In this document: positions 11,468 to 23,933 of the stretch, one piece after another
Layout: each line of letters begins with the position of its first letter
How positions within the stretch are numbered: position 1 is the stretch's first letter
Assembly (NCBI RefSeq): GCF_001194135.2
Contig: NC_068981.1
Span: forward strand, 192,599,854-192,663,853
Reading direction: 5' to 3'
Length of the DNA: 64,000 bases
Origin: Octopus bimaculoides
Taxonomy: Eukaryota
Notes under the pieces: model-generated
Told to the model about the DNA's origin: nothing
Seen by the model: the letters and a program-made list of their open reading frames with translations, nothing else
Database searches by the model: none
Made by a program: the position numbers and the translations under genes

Positions 11468-13587
11468 GGCCATATACAGCATTTATACATAAGACAAATG
11501 TCTGATAAACTAAGGAACAAAACCAGAGATATAAACCATTAGACACAGAATTCGATCTGAATAGTTATTCACTGTTAGTGAGATAGAATGGCAGTAGGAG
11601 GATGCCAAAAGACAAATTGAGTGAGAGTAGAAGAATTATGTTATACTAGACTGGAGTAGTAAAAAAAGAGGGGAGGGGCAATGAGAAAATTAAAACGAGA
11701 GTGGGTTGGATAAAGAGGTGTAAACAAAGAGTGGCAGCTAAAAAGTGCTAGAAAATGCAGCTGTTGAGAAATTTTTGAGTCAAACAAGAGTTATCCCCCT
11801 TGTCAGTACATGTGTATATTTTTTAATGAACTTGGATAATTAAGGAAGTCGTTAAGACTGCTAATTGATAAAATACTTTATGGTATTATATCAGCACTTT
11901 GAGTTCTGAGTTCAAATCATACCGAAGTCAACTTTACCTTCTATCCTTCTGGGGTCGATAAATAAAGTCCCATCTATGATTGCGGACTTGCACAAATGTG
12001 GAGGAGCGGCAGTGTGGTTAAGAAGCTAGCATTCCAACAACATTGGTTCAGATTCAATTCCATGGCTTGGGCATGATCAATGCATTGTGAAAGAATCTGG
12101 CAGATGGAAACTGTATGAAGCCTGTCATATATTTATCTGTATGTGTGAGTGTGAATGTTTACAACACTGTATCCCAACCTTTTTTGCTGAGGCACCCTTG
12201 CCAAGCCTTTCAGAAATTCATGGCACCCAATCTAATAGTTGTTGTTTGATTCAACATCAATATTACAAAACTTTGTCCCTAGATAATAACATCTGTGTAA
12301 GAAAACTATGTCCCTGGAATTGATAATAAAAAAATTTCTTTATTTCACCAACGTTGATATAATAAACATAAAATAGACGACAATACAAAAATATAAGATG
12401 ACAATAATATTTATCGATAAAATAAGTATCAAAATGTATTTTTGACTCTAAATGCTTAATCACAATACAGCATATGTATGTATATTTTGAGGCACACTGG
12501 TTGGGAAACTGTGGTTCACAGTATATATTTCATATGGAAAAACGCTGGGTTATGAAAACAGTGAGCTTTGTTGTCATAGTAACAGAGAAACGGAATGGAT
12601 GGTTAAGGCTGTAACTACCAGATCAGAGATGACCTGGGGTTAAACAACTATACTCAATTATATGAGAGAGCCTCTAAAAAGCTAGACACTATTGTCTAAC
12701 CAGTTTCTAATCTAAAGAATGACCAAACATATCCACTAATTACAAATACATGTAAAAATATACACAACACAAACAAATTAAGACCATATTGTAAAACCAT
12801 CACCATTTAATGTCCACTTTTCCATGCTTGCATGAGTCAGACAATTTGTTAAAGTAGATTTTCTATGGCCGGATGCCTTTCCTGTCACCAAACTTCACCT
12901 GTTTCCAAGCAAGGTAATATTTTCTCATGACCAGACACGTTTTTCATGGGAAATGAGAAGCACTGCTTATATGATGGTGATGCTCATTTACAACAATGTC
13001 AAGTAAAGGACGCAAACACACACAACAGGCTTCTTTCAGTTTCTATCCAACAAATCGAGCAAGGTTTTGGTTGGCACAGAGCTACAGAAGATACTTGCTT
13101 AAGGTGGTAGGCAGTGAGACGGATTCCAAAACCACATGATTGGGAAGCAAGCTTATCCACACAGCCACACCTGCATTTGTCTTTGTATGTGTGTGTGTTT
13201 TGCTGTTGTTTAACAAGAGCTTGGCCTTGTTTCAACCAATCTACAATCAAAGTCATTCAGGATGTGATCATCTTGTTTTTGTTTTTATCAATCATAATCT
13301 ATCTTGGACTGCATTATCCAATGTACGTTTCCTTTATTTATAAAGGCAGGGTGTAATATGAGGTAGATCTGACTGCTGTTTAGCAGATCAAACAGCTATG
13401 TCAAGATTCCCTTGTTAACTCGACATAAGCTTGTCCAGAGGAAGTGAGCCACAATCTACAACATTTAGAAGTGTTCACTACATCTTGATGTCCAATGAAG
13501 AGGGGCAATAATTATATACACACCTGACGTACATGTTTATGTGAACAATATATAAACAAAAAGAGTAACCCACATATAATAACTTAC

Positions 13588-13686
13588 TTGCAGCTGGCCA
13601 GTGATCAAGATTAAAATTCCACCAGTGGTAGTAGGAAGAGCATCCAACTTTGTGACAACGTGCTTGATTGTTTTAAATGGCAACGA
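13588..13686 (-). CDS. NUTF2: NTF2 coding exon 3 (SLPFKTIKHVVTKLDALPTTTGGILILITGQLQ)
   Basis: TTTTTCAG acceptor and GTAAGT donor; 99 nt, phase 0/0. Same boundaries as the vertebrate NUTF2 exon SLPF...GQLK. Confidence 0.96.
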
Positions 13687-13845
13687 CTGAAAAATCAAAA
13701 TAATGCATTGGTTTAATTACGAAGCATACAAAACCAGAAAAAAAAAATTATAATTTGTTGACATTTTCATTTATGTTAATTAGCTTATCATCATCCAAGA
13801 CAAGAAATGGATCAAAATTAATATTAATATTTGAAATATAATTAA

Positions 13846-14241
13846 CCCTTTTGTTATTATATTTCTGTTGAAATACAGAGCCTTAGTTTCAATTAATTTT
13901 TAAAATAATGAAAAACTTAGTAAAACAATTTTGTCATGATTAAGCTGGTACTTAGACTATCACATTTAACCCTCTGGCATTCAGATTACTCTGTCTAATG
14001 TAATGCTTATTTATTCACCTTGTTTTCAATTAATCATACATTATCTTGTCACTTTGAGATTCTGCTGATTTTTAGAATGATATATTGTAGGTTTGGTGTG
14101 AGATGCCATATCCAGACAGTTTGAACATAAAATAGGTAGAATATTTGGGCTGGATAAGGTTAGTTTAAATGCTAAAGGGTTAAAACAGGACGTTTGTATC
14201 ACAGAACTGGGGCAATCTCAGGCAGGTTTGTATCAAATAGG
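13846..14241. mobile_element. piggyBac-type MITE (outer element of a nested pair)
   Basis: TTAA at 13842-13845 and 14242-14245. The left end is homologous to the right end of the 4188-5192 element and to 56155-56372. Confidence 0.7.
13970..14179. mobile_element. piggyBac-type MITE inserted at a TTAA within the outer MITE
   Basis: TTAA at 13966-13969 and 14180-14183; TIRs CCCTCTGGCATT / AATGCTAAAGGG. Confidence 0.75.
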
Positions 14242-14357
14242 TTAATGGTGTATTTTATGAATTTTAGTTTCTTCAGGGTGAAGTGAATGGGTTGTTTTTT
14301 TTTTAATATTTACATTTTATGAAACCAAGAAAATTACAAATATCATAATAGTTATCA

Positions 14358-14535
14358 CCATCATCATTTAACGTCCGTTTTTCATGCTGGCATGGGTTGG
14401 ACAATTTGATGAGCTGGCAAGCCAGAGAACCATACAAAGTTCCCATTATCTCTTTTGGCATGGTTTCTATGGCTGGATGCCCTTCCAAATGCTAACCACT
14501 TCAGAGAGTGTAGTGGGTCCTTTTTATGCAGCCAC
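14358..14535 (-). mobile_element. RTE 3' tail copy, minus orientation
   Basis: (CAT)n TTTAACGTCCGTTTTTCATGCTGGCATGGGTTGG...CTGGATGCCCTTCC. Other minus copies at about 7270-7445, 14675-14900, 15725-15920, 28610-28870, 30540-30720, 46695-46900, 49015-49215 and 56445-56680. Confidence 0.85.
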
Positions 14536-16018
14536 CTGTGTAACATACATAATTTATTTGCACCATTGAAAGATATGATGCTGTGGGTCATGTCAGAGAC
14601 AAAATGTATTCAAAGACATGTTGTGTTAGAAACCCAATATATATTGTGTTTCTAACAGAACATTTCATAATCATAATCATTTAATGTCTGTTTTCCATGA
14701 TGGAATGAGTTGGACAGTTTGACAGGAGCTAGAAAACCAGAAAACTGCACAAGGCTTCAATTGTTTCTTTTTGCATGGTTTTTATAGCTGCTGGCTCTTC
14801 CTAACACCAACCAATTTACAGTGAGTACTGGGTGCTTTTTATGTGGCACCAGCACAGGTTCTTTTCTATATGGTTCCAGCACAGATCCTTTTTATGTGGT
14901 GTCTGCTTGGGTGCCTTCTCATGTGGTGCCAGCACTCGCAGGGTTGCCAAGTAGCTTGCACGACAAGGACCTCTCAGCTGAGAGCCATGTGCTAGGCAAG
15001 AGGTTGGAGTATGATGGAAAGACAGTTGTTTTACTACAGAGGAGATACTTGGTTATCTCAGTCGGACAAGGAAGCAGAGGGCGGCAGGAAAGATAGTGGA
15101 AGAGAGAGGGTCTACCCACAAGGAACAATGGGGAGGTGGAGGCGTACAAGTAGTACAGAGGGGATAGAGATATTCCGTAAGAGAGTGAGGGGAGATATTT
15201 AGAGATAGTAAGTGATGGTAAGTGGAACTGGAGGAGCCTGCAGTAGGTAGTGGGTGTGCTGGGGAAATGGGTTATGGGTGAGTCTTGCCAAAGACAGAGC
15301 TATGTGCATGTGTGTGTGTGTGTGGGGGGGGGTATGGTTGTAAAGGATGTAATTGTATGTATGGATGGCCATAATTTTACTTTTCTTCTCAGACAAAAGT
15401 CACAGCACTGTGCCTTTCAGTGGGGTATATCTGTTAAGTGTAATACAAATATATGTAGTTTGATTTAATATTGTTTCAACTGCCTACACAGAGTTCACTA
15501 TTGTGCAACAGATGAGGCAAGTGTCTTCTACTGTATCCTTGGGTTGACCAAAGCCTTGTGATGTGAAAACAGCCAGATGGAAACTGAGTGGGAATATGTC
15601 AGGGGACCATTCCTACTTTTGAGATGGTAGACTTATGGTGCCTTTAGTTGCAATCATTCAGGACAAGTCTCCAGTGTAAAGATAAAAGAGGTTTTCACTT
15701 GGGTTAGGAATAATCCTTCTTCCTTTCATCATCATCTAACGTCTGCTTTGTAAACTGGCAGGAGTTAGATAGCTTGATAGGACCTGGTAAGCCAGAGAAC
15801 TGCATCAGGCTCCATTTTTCTGTTTCAAAATGGGTTTCTATGGCTGCGTGCCCTTCCTAACACCAACCAATGTACTGGGTGCTTTTTGTGTAGCACTAGC
15901 ATCAGTGATTTATATGTGGCACAAGCAGGAATAAAAATATTCTTGTGATTATAACAAATAAAAAAACAACAACAAAGGCAAGCAAGACAAAGTGTTATAT
16001 AATATTGAAAACTCTCAC

Positions 16019-16087
16019 TGTTATTTTTTTCATTATGTTATCTTGTCCTTGAATACTTTCACCTTCAAATATAAGCATGGCTTGTGC
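16019..16087 (-). CDS. NUTF2: NTF2 coding exon 2 (AQAMLIFEGESIQGQDNIMKKIT)
   Basis: Poly-T CAG acceptor and GTGAGA donor; 69 nt, phase 0/0; carries the NTF2 motif ML.FEG..IQG...I. Confidence 0.95.
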
Positions 16088-17576
16088 CTGAAAAAAAAAA
16101 AGGGGTCTTGGAGTCAACACATTTTCATAAGACAAACACAAACAGTTAAAGAAAACAATAACATTATCACAACTACAGCAATTCCCTCAGGGGTCACCTC
16201 CGTTTCATAAGGTTTTAGCTGAATTGGTAGAGTTATTGGGCTATTGGGTAGAATGCTTGGTGATATTGGTTTTGACTCTTTGTGCTCCTAGTTCAAATCC
16301 CACTGTGGTCAAATTTGTCTTCCATCCTTTAGTTTTACTCTTTACTCTTTTACTGGCTTCAGTCATTTGACTGCGGCCATGCTGAAGCACCACCTTTAGT
16401 AAACAAATCAACCCCAGGGCTTATTTTTTAAAGTCTAGTACTTATTCAATTGGTCCCTATTGCTGAACCGCTATGTTACAGTGACATAAACATACCAACA
16501 TTGGTTGTCAAGTGATGGTGGGGGGTGGGAAACTAAACACACGCGCACACACACATATATATATATATACACACACACAATGGGCCTCCTTCAGTTTCCA
16601 TTTACCAAATCCACTCACAAGGCTTTGGTTGGCCCAAGGCTAAAGTAGAAGACACTTGCTGAAGTTGCTATGCAGTGGGACTGAACCCAGAACCATGTGG
16701 TTGGGAAGCACTCTTGCGCCTATTTGATAAAAAGATTCCAAACTAAGGTAGAGAAGTGGAAAAACTGTTGGAGGACTAGGCAAAATTCTTTGTGGCATCC
16801 TGTCCAACTCATTATGTTCTGGAAACCAAACCCATCATGATACTGATGGCAAGGGATCAGCCAAAACTGACGTCCTTCCTGTCTGATAAACATTGGCACC
16901 ATGGAGAGAGGCAATTTGATTGCAAGGCCAACTACCAATTTTTCTTTAAAATTCTTGCTCTGGTCTGCACATAAATGTGAAGAAACAAGATCAATCTTCA
17001 TATGTGGAAGCCTCTCATAATGTTTTATTGAAAGTATTCGTGCCGGTGGCACGTAAAAAGCACCCACTACACTCAGAGTGGTCAGTGTTAGGAAGGGCAT
17101 CCAGCTGTAAAACACTGCCAGATCAGACTGGAGCCTGGTGCAGCCTCCTGGCTTCCCAGACCCCAGTTGAACCATCCAACCCATGCTAGCATGCAAAACG
17201 GACGTTAAACGATGATGATGATGATGATGATGATGATTGTGCTAAAATTTTGCTTCGAGACATCACTAGCACTAGACAATGACAAACCAGACAACTGAAT
17301 TCATAATCATTTAACATCTGCTTTCCATGCTGACATGAGTAGGGATCTGGCAAGTAGCAGGGCTGCATCAAGTTCCAATGTCATCTTTGGAATGATTTCT
17401 AAGGCTAGATGCCCTTCCTAAAAAAACCCAGAAAATTTATAACTGTAATGCTGCTGAAACTAGACCAACGATCTTGCTTCAGACCAGATGCAATAGAACC
17501 ATATCAGTGAGCAGGTTGCAGTTAGTGCGATGAAAATTTTGACAATGAATAATGTTTAAGTGAAAAAGCTGAACAT

Positions 17577-18080
17577 TAGAAGCATCAGTTGTGGCGTGCA
17601 AGAGAGACGATTGCGCTGGTATGGACATGTGGTGAGAATGGAGGAGGATAGCTGCGTGAAAAAGTGCCACACCCTAACAGTTGAGGGAACCCGTGGAAGA
17701 GGTAGGCCCAGGAAGACCTGGGCTGAGGTGGTGAGGCAAGACCTTCGTACATTGGGCCTCACCGAGGCGATGACTACGGACCGAGACCTTTGGAAATGGG
17801 CTGTGCGTGAGAAGACCCGGCAAGCCAAGTNNNNNNNNNNGGCACATAAAAGACACCATTTCGAGCGTGGCCGTTTTCGTGCGGGTGACACGTAAAAGCA
17901 CCCACTACACTCTCTGAGTGGTTGGCGTTAGGAAGGGCATCCAGCTGTAGAAACTCTGCCAAATCAGACTGGAGCCTGGTGTTGCCATCCGGTTTCACCA
18001 GTCCTCAGTCAAATCGTCCAACCCATGCTAGCATGGAAAGCGGACGTTAAACGATGATGATGATGATGATGATGATGATG
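17577..18080 (+). mobile_element. 5'-truncated RTE LINE (ORF C-terminus plus 3' UTR), relatively young
   Basis: Open frame IRSISCGVQERRLRWYGHVVRMEEDSCVKKCHTLTVEGTRGRGRPRKTW, typical of RTE C-termini; 10-N gap at 17831-17840; (GAT)n tail. Confidence 0.9.
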
Positions 18081-18529
18081 AAATTAACAGATTTTTGTGT
18101 GTTTTTTGAATGGCTAACTCGTCTTCCACACTGTAACCAGTTTACTTAATTACACTAATTATTTCACTAGTTTTAGTCATTGGACAACGGCCAGGGCAAC
18201 GGAGATATAAAGATTTCAAGGATTTTCAGATCTATTTATTGATCCACTTCCCTTATAATCCTCCCATTATAATCTCAAAATTGTTTTATGTCTCAAACAC
18301 CAACTTCATTATGAAAAGGTCAATTATTTTCAAAATAAAATAAGACTTGGACAATGCATTTCATTAGAAATATAGTGACAAAATGGGTTAATAGCTTGCA
18401 AAATAAAATAAATTAGCATAAAACATTTAATTCTTTAGAGAATTGGTTTTGTTTTCATAGCTAAAATTATGTTGGCCTACTTATATCATTAGTTACCACA
18501 AATTAATAATTGCTATATGTGTATGTGTG

Positions 18530-18575
<46 letters not shown>

Positions 18576-18919
18576 TATGTTCATTGCTGTTGACTCCAAG
18601 AGCTGAACAGGATGTGACATTCAAGTGTGTAATTGTGTGTATGTATAAATGCATGCATACACACACACACAACAAATGACATCATTGATTATATTAATCT
18701 GCTTCACGATGATGGCATAAGTTAGATGAGATTTGAAACTGTTTTAGAGTTGGTCCCCTCCTTAAATTAACTCTCACAACATAGAAGCACAGAGTGTACA
18801 TCATTTTTCAAAACCACGGGTGCATGTCTGTGTATATATACAGGACCCATGCTAGCATGGAAAGCGGACGTTAAACAATGATGATGATGTCTCTATGTAT
18901 GCATATATGTATAAATAAT

Positions 18920-19120
18920 CCTTTTCTACTATAGGCACAAGGCCTGAAATTTTGGAGGAGAGTTTAGTTGATTATATTCACCCTAGCACACAACTGGTAC
19001 TTATTTTATTGACCCCAAAAGGACAAAAGGCAAAGTTGATCTCAATGGAATTTGAACTCAGAATGCAAAGATTGGTGAAATACTGCTAAGCATTTTGTCC
19101 AGCAAGCTAACAATTCTGTG
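18920..19120 (-). mobile_element. Family-B SINE, heavily CpG-decayed
   Basis: Reverse complement of the family-B consensus with nearly all CpG changed to TpG/CpA. Confidence 0.8.
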
Positions 19121-19239
19121 AGCTTGCCACCCACCCTTTTTTTTAATTATTTTTATTTTTTATACATTTGCAGCTTCAGTAATGCTTACATCCACAATGC
19201 TCTTAACGCTTATATTTACAACGCCCCAAACACATTCAT

Positions 19240-22200
19240 ATACAATGCTTCCTTACACCCCACCCCAGTAGAAGCAACAACCTTAACAATTCTAACAGGT
19301 TTGAATGATGGTAGGTTGAAAGTAAGAACAACTATTATGACGTCTGTTACCAAACGATCACGGGGACTTTCTTTTCAGGTGCTGAACAACATCTTTCCCT
19401 CCTGTGTTACCTCCCATATCTCTTTCCCAGTTTTCAGAGTTGGCACTGTAGATGCAGGCACATTGAAAGGTAGGTCGAGCGAGATTGTAGAGATGCTTGA
19501 ATGGAGATGTGTTGATGGATGCTGCGTACAAGAGGTAAAGGTGGAGGGGAGCTAAGCACATAGGTATAAACTCTTCTGGGAAGGAAACAGTGATGGAATA
19601 GGTGGGTGTGGGCATACTTCTTGCAGAGAAATGGGTGGATAAGGTCACAGAGGTAGTGAGGGTGAGTGATAGAGTACCTAAACTCAGGCTAGTCTTGCAG
19701 AATGGTATAGCTACAATTATCTCTGCCTACACCCCACAAGAGGGCCTACCAAATGAACAGAAGGATCACTTTAATGATATTCTTCTGCAGGCTACCTCAA
19801 AGAGGAGTGGCAATGATATCTTTGTGTTTGGAGATTTTAATGGGCATGTCAGACAGCAACCTGGTATCTTCCATGGTGTACATGGAGTTGGTACCAGAAA
19901 TGAAGATGGAACTAGGCTCCTGGAGTTCTGCATTGCAAATAACCTATTGATCTGCAACACCAACTTCAGGAAGCCAGCCAGACACCTGATAACCTATCAA
20001 TCAGGTGACTCTGCTAGCCAGATTGATTTCATTCTCACCAGATTGCAGGATGCATGGTTGCTCTTAACTACAATGACCCTCCCTGGTGAAGAATGTACCC
20101 CCCACCCTGCCCCAGCATAGACTAGTTATTAGTGACTTTAGACTTGAAGCCAGAAAGATGCCATAAAGCAGACCAATCTGGAAAACAAGGACTTGGAAGG
20201 TTAAGAACTCTTCACATGGTCAGAGATTTAGGGATATCCTTACTGAGAAATCTGAGGAGAGGGAGGAGGAGCGACAGTCCTGTGACACAGAATGCAGCTG
20301 GGAATTCCTGCGAGACAGCTTGCTGAGCACCTGTGAGCACCACAGACCAAATCTGTGGCTGGTGCAAAGCCCTTTCCAGACCTAGGGCAACATGGTGGTG
20401 GAACAATAGTGTAGACAGAGCCATTAGAACAAAGAAACAGGCCTGAAAGAGTTGGGGTAGCATGGGACTGTATCAGATAGCCAGAAGGGAAGCTAGGAGA
20501 CAGGTATATATAGCCAAGGGAGTAGCAGAAAAAAGAAGTTTGCCAATGTTCAACAACGTGAGGACCAAAGAACTGAAGTGTTTTGGATTGCAAGACAGTG
20601 TATGAGAGAAAACTGTGATGTCAGGAGAGAAATGTGTCCGCATGGATGATGGTGCCCTTGCGTTTAATGATTCGGAAAAGAAAGAGACTTGGAGATGCCA
20701 TTATGAAAGACTGCTGAATGTGGAGAATGAATGGGAGGAGGAGAGTCTGCCAAAGGTTGACCAAATTGAGGGACCAGCTACATGAATCGACAGTACCCTG
20801 GTAGATAAAACAATTAAGGATATGAAGACAGGGAAAGCATCTGGCCTATCAGGGATCACCGCTGAGATGCTTAAGATATCCAGCTGGTGTGGGTTATGGT
20901 CTTGTCACTCGCATCGAAAATCAGGTAGTTCATGAAGGAATCATACTCAATGACTAGTGTAGCAGCACCATAGTCAACTGCTACAAAGGTAAAAGTGATG
21001 CTTTAGATAGAAATAACTACAGGGGTATCAAATTATTGGATCAGTTGATGAAAATTACAGAGAGGGTCATAGACCAACTAATTAGGGAGGGAGAGAGTTA
21101 GCCTAGATGAGTTGCAGTTTGGTTTTGTGCCAGGGAGAATCACCACTGATGCTATATTTCTGCTAAGGCAACTGCAGGAGAAATACCCAGCCAAAGATAA
21201 ACCTCTGTACTTGGCTTTTGTTGTCTTGGAGAAAGCCTTTGACAGGGTCCCTTTATCTGGTCAATGTAGAAACAGGGGATAGACAAGTGGTTGACAAGAG
21301 CTGTACAAGCCCTGTTCAGGGATGCTGTCAGTAAGGTGAGGGTTGGCAACGAGTATAGTGAAGAATTTCGAGTAGAAGTAGAGGTTCACCAAGGATCAGT
21401 CCTCAGTCCCCTCTTATTCATCAAAGTTCTTTAGGCAATAACAGAGGAATTCAAGACAGGCTGCCCCTGGGAGCTCCTCTATGCTGATGACCTTGCTCTA
21501 ATAGCAGAGTCACTGCCAAAACTAGAGACGAAGTTTAGGGTATGAAAACAAGGTCTAGAAATGAAAGGCCTTAGGGTTAACCTAGCAAAAACCAAAGTCA
21601 TAGTAAGTAGGAAGGCTGACAAATCACAAACCTCTTCAGGTAGATGGCCCTGCTCGATCTCTAGAAAAGGCATAGGTAGAAACTCCATAAGATGTACCCA
21701 GTGTAAGCTATGGACACATAAGAGGTGCAGCAATATCAAAAGAAGGCCAACTAGGAAGATGGTTTTTGTGTGTGGCAGATGCACAGAGGCAATAAACACT
21801 GAAGATGTACAGAAGACAGATTCCATCACACGCCAGGGTGGAAAACTAGAAGTAGTGAATAGCTTCCGCTACCTAAGCGACCAAGTCTGTAGGGGGGATG
21901 CTTGCTGAGAGTGTAGCGGCTAAAGTAAGAATAGCCTGGGCAAAGTTCAGGGAGCTCCTACCTCTGCTTGCAGCTAAGGGCCTCTCGCTCAGGATGAAAG
22001 GTAGACTGCATGATGCATGCGTGCAAACTGCCATGTTACACGGCAGTGAAACACGAGTAAAACATAGGATGTGACTGCTGAGGACATGTGTAGGCTTGAA
22101 AGAAATGAAGCAAGTATGCTCTGCTAGATGTGTAATGTCAGTATGCATGTACGACAGAGTGTAAGCATCCTGAGAGAAAAGTTGGGCATAAGAAGCATTA

Positions 22201-22895
22201 GATGTGGTGTGCAAGAGAGACGGCTGGCTGTGCTGGTATGGTCATGTAATGCTTATGAATAAGGACAGCTGTATGAAGAAGTGTCACACCCTAACAGTGG
22301 AAGGAACCTGTGGAAGAGGTAGAACCAGGAAGACATGGGATGAGGCGGTGAAGCACAACCTTTGAATGTTGGGCCTCACAGAGACAATGACAGGAGACCG
22401 AGACCTTTGGAGATATGCTGTAATTGAGAAGACCTGGCAACTAAAGTGAGATCGCAGACATGGCTGATGCCAATGTTGCATGTCTGACCCATTTAAAAGT
22501 ACCCTTGATGCATCGGGCGATATATGCTTGAGAAAATTTGAGTCAAGTAAAACCAAAATCGTAGCTGTGGCCATTGCCCCCTGCCTGGCACCCATTCTGG
22601 TGACACGTAAAAAGAACGTGGTCGATACCAGTGCCCCCTGACTGGCTCCCGTGCTGGTGGCATGTAAAAAGCACTATCCGAATGTGATTGATGCCAGGCT
22701 TGCCTAACTGGCTCCTGTACTGGTGGCACGTAAAAAGCACCCACTACACTCTTGGAGTGGTTGGCGCTAGGAAGGGCATCCAGCTGCAGAAACATTGCTG
22801 GGATCAGATTGGAGGCTGATGCAGCCGCTGGCTTTCCAGACTTCAGTCTAACCGTCCAACCCATGCCAGCATAGAAAATGGATGATGGTGATGAC
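19240..22895 (+). mobile_element. Near-full-length, decayed RTE-clade non-LTR retrotransposon in NTF2 intron 1 (antisense to the gene)
   Basis: APE endonuclease remnants (RVGTVDAGTL, CCVQEV, GVGILL, IISAYTPQ, GDFNGHV, SQIDFIL) at 19430-20120. RT motifs (FGFVPG, EKAFDRVP, HQGSVLSPLLF, LYADDL) at about 21100-21500. RTE C-terminus and 3' UTR with GAT tail. Many stops and frameshifts; 5' boundary approximate. Confidence 0.92.
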
Positions 22896-23880
22896 GATAT
22901 AATAAGTACAGACATAGCTGTGTGACTTGTTTCCCAATCATATGGTTTTAGGTTCAGTTCCACTGCGTAGCACCTTGGGTAAGCATATTCCATGATAGCT
23001 TTAAACCAACTCAAGCTTTGTGAGTAGATTTGGTAGACAGAAACTGAAAAACACCCCACTTGTATGTACATGTGTGCACCCTCATCTAGACATCACATGA
23101 TGGCTGTAAATAAAGCATTGCCGTCATACAATGTTGTTTGTTTCTAATTTTTCATGTAAAACATGCCTTGTCACAGAGAAATATTGCCTTGCTTGGAAGC
23201 AGGTGAGATATAAAAGCATCCTGTCATAGAAAATCTGCCTCAACAAATTTTGTCTTACCCATGCAAGCATGGGAAAGTGGTTGTGAAAGGGGGTTAAACA
23301 TATATATATATACACAAGTCAAATGAGACCGTAGCCGTGGCCGATGTCGGTGTCAGGTCAATGACACCCATGCTGGTAGCATGTAAAAAAAACACCCACT
23401 GCACTCTCAGAGTGGTTGCCATAGAAAGACCTTGCCAAATCAAATTGAAATCTGGTGCAACTCCTGGGTTTACCAGTTTTCAGTCAAACAGTCCAACCCA
23501 TACCAGCATGGAAAACGGGCATCAAATTATGATAATGACATGCACATTTCTATGTATGTGAGATCTAAATAACACTAGTGAAATTTTAGGTTAATTTTAA
23601 AGTTTTGGCAGACTTCCAAATTATTTTATAAGCTGTCTGTAAAATCATTTTCTTTCAATCTCTATATTTACTGCCAATTTGTTTTGATTTTATCTCTTAT
23701 TATTTTCAGTTACTGGACTGCAGCCATACTGGGATGCCACTTGAAATGGTTTAGTCAAACAAATTGATCCCAGTTTTTTTTTTAAAGTTTAGTATTAATT
23801 CTATCATTCACTTTTGCCCAACTGCTAAGTTACAGGGATGTGAACAAGTCAACAGTAGTTATCAAGAGGTGGTGGAACAG

Positions 23881-23933
<53 letters not shown>

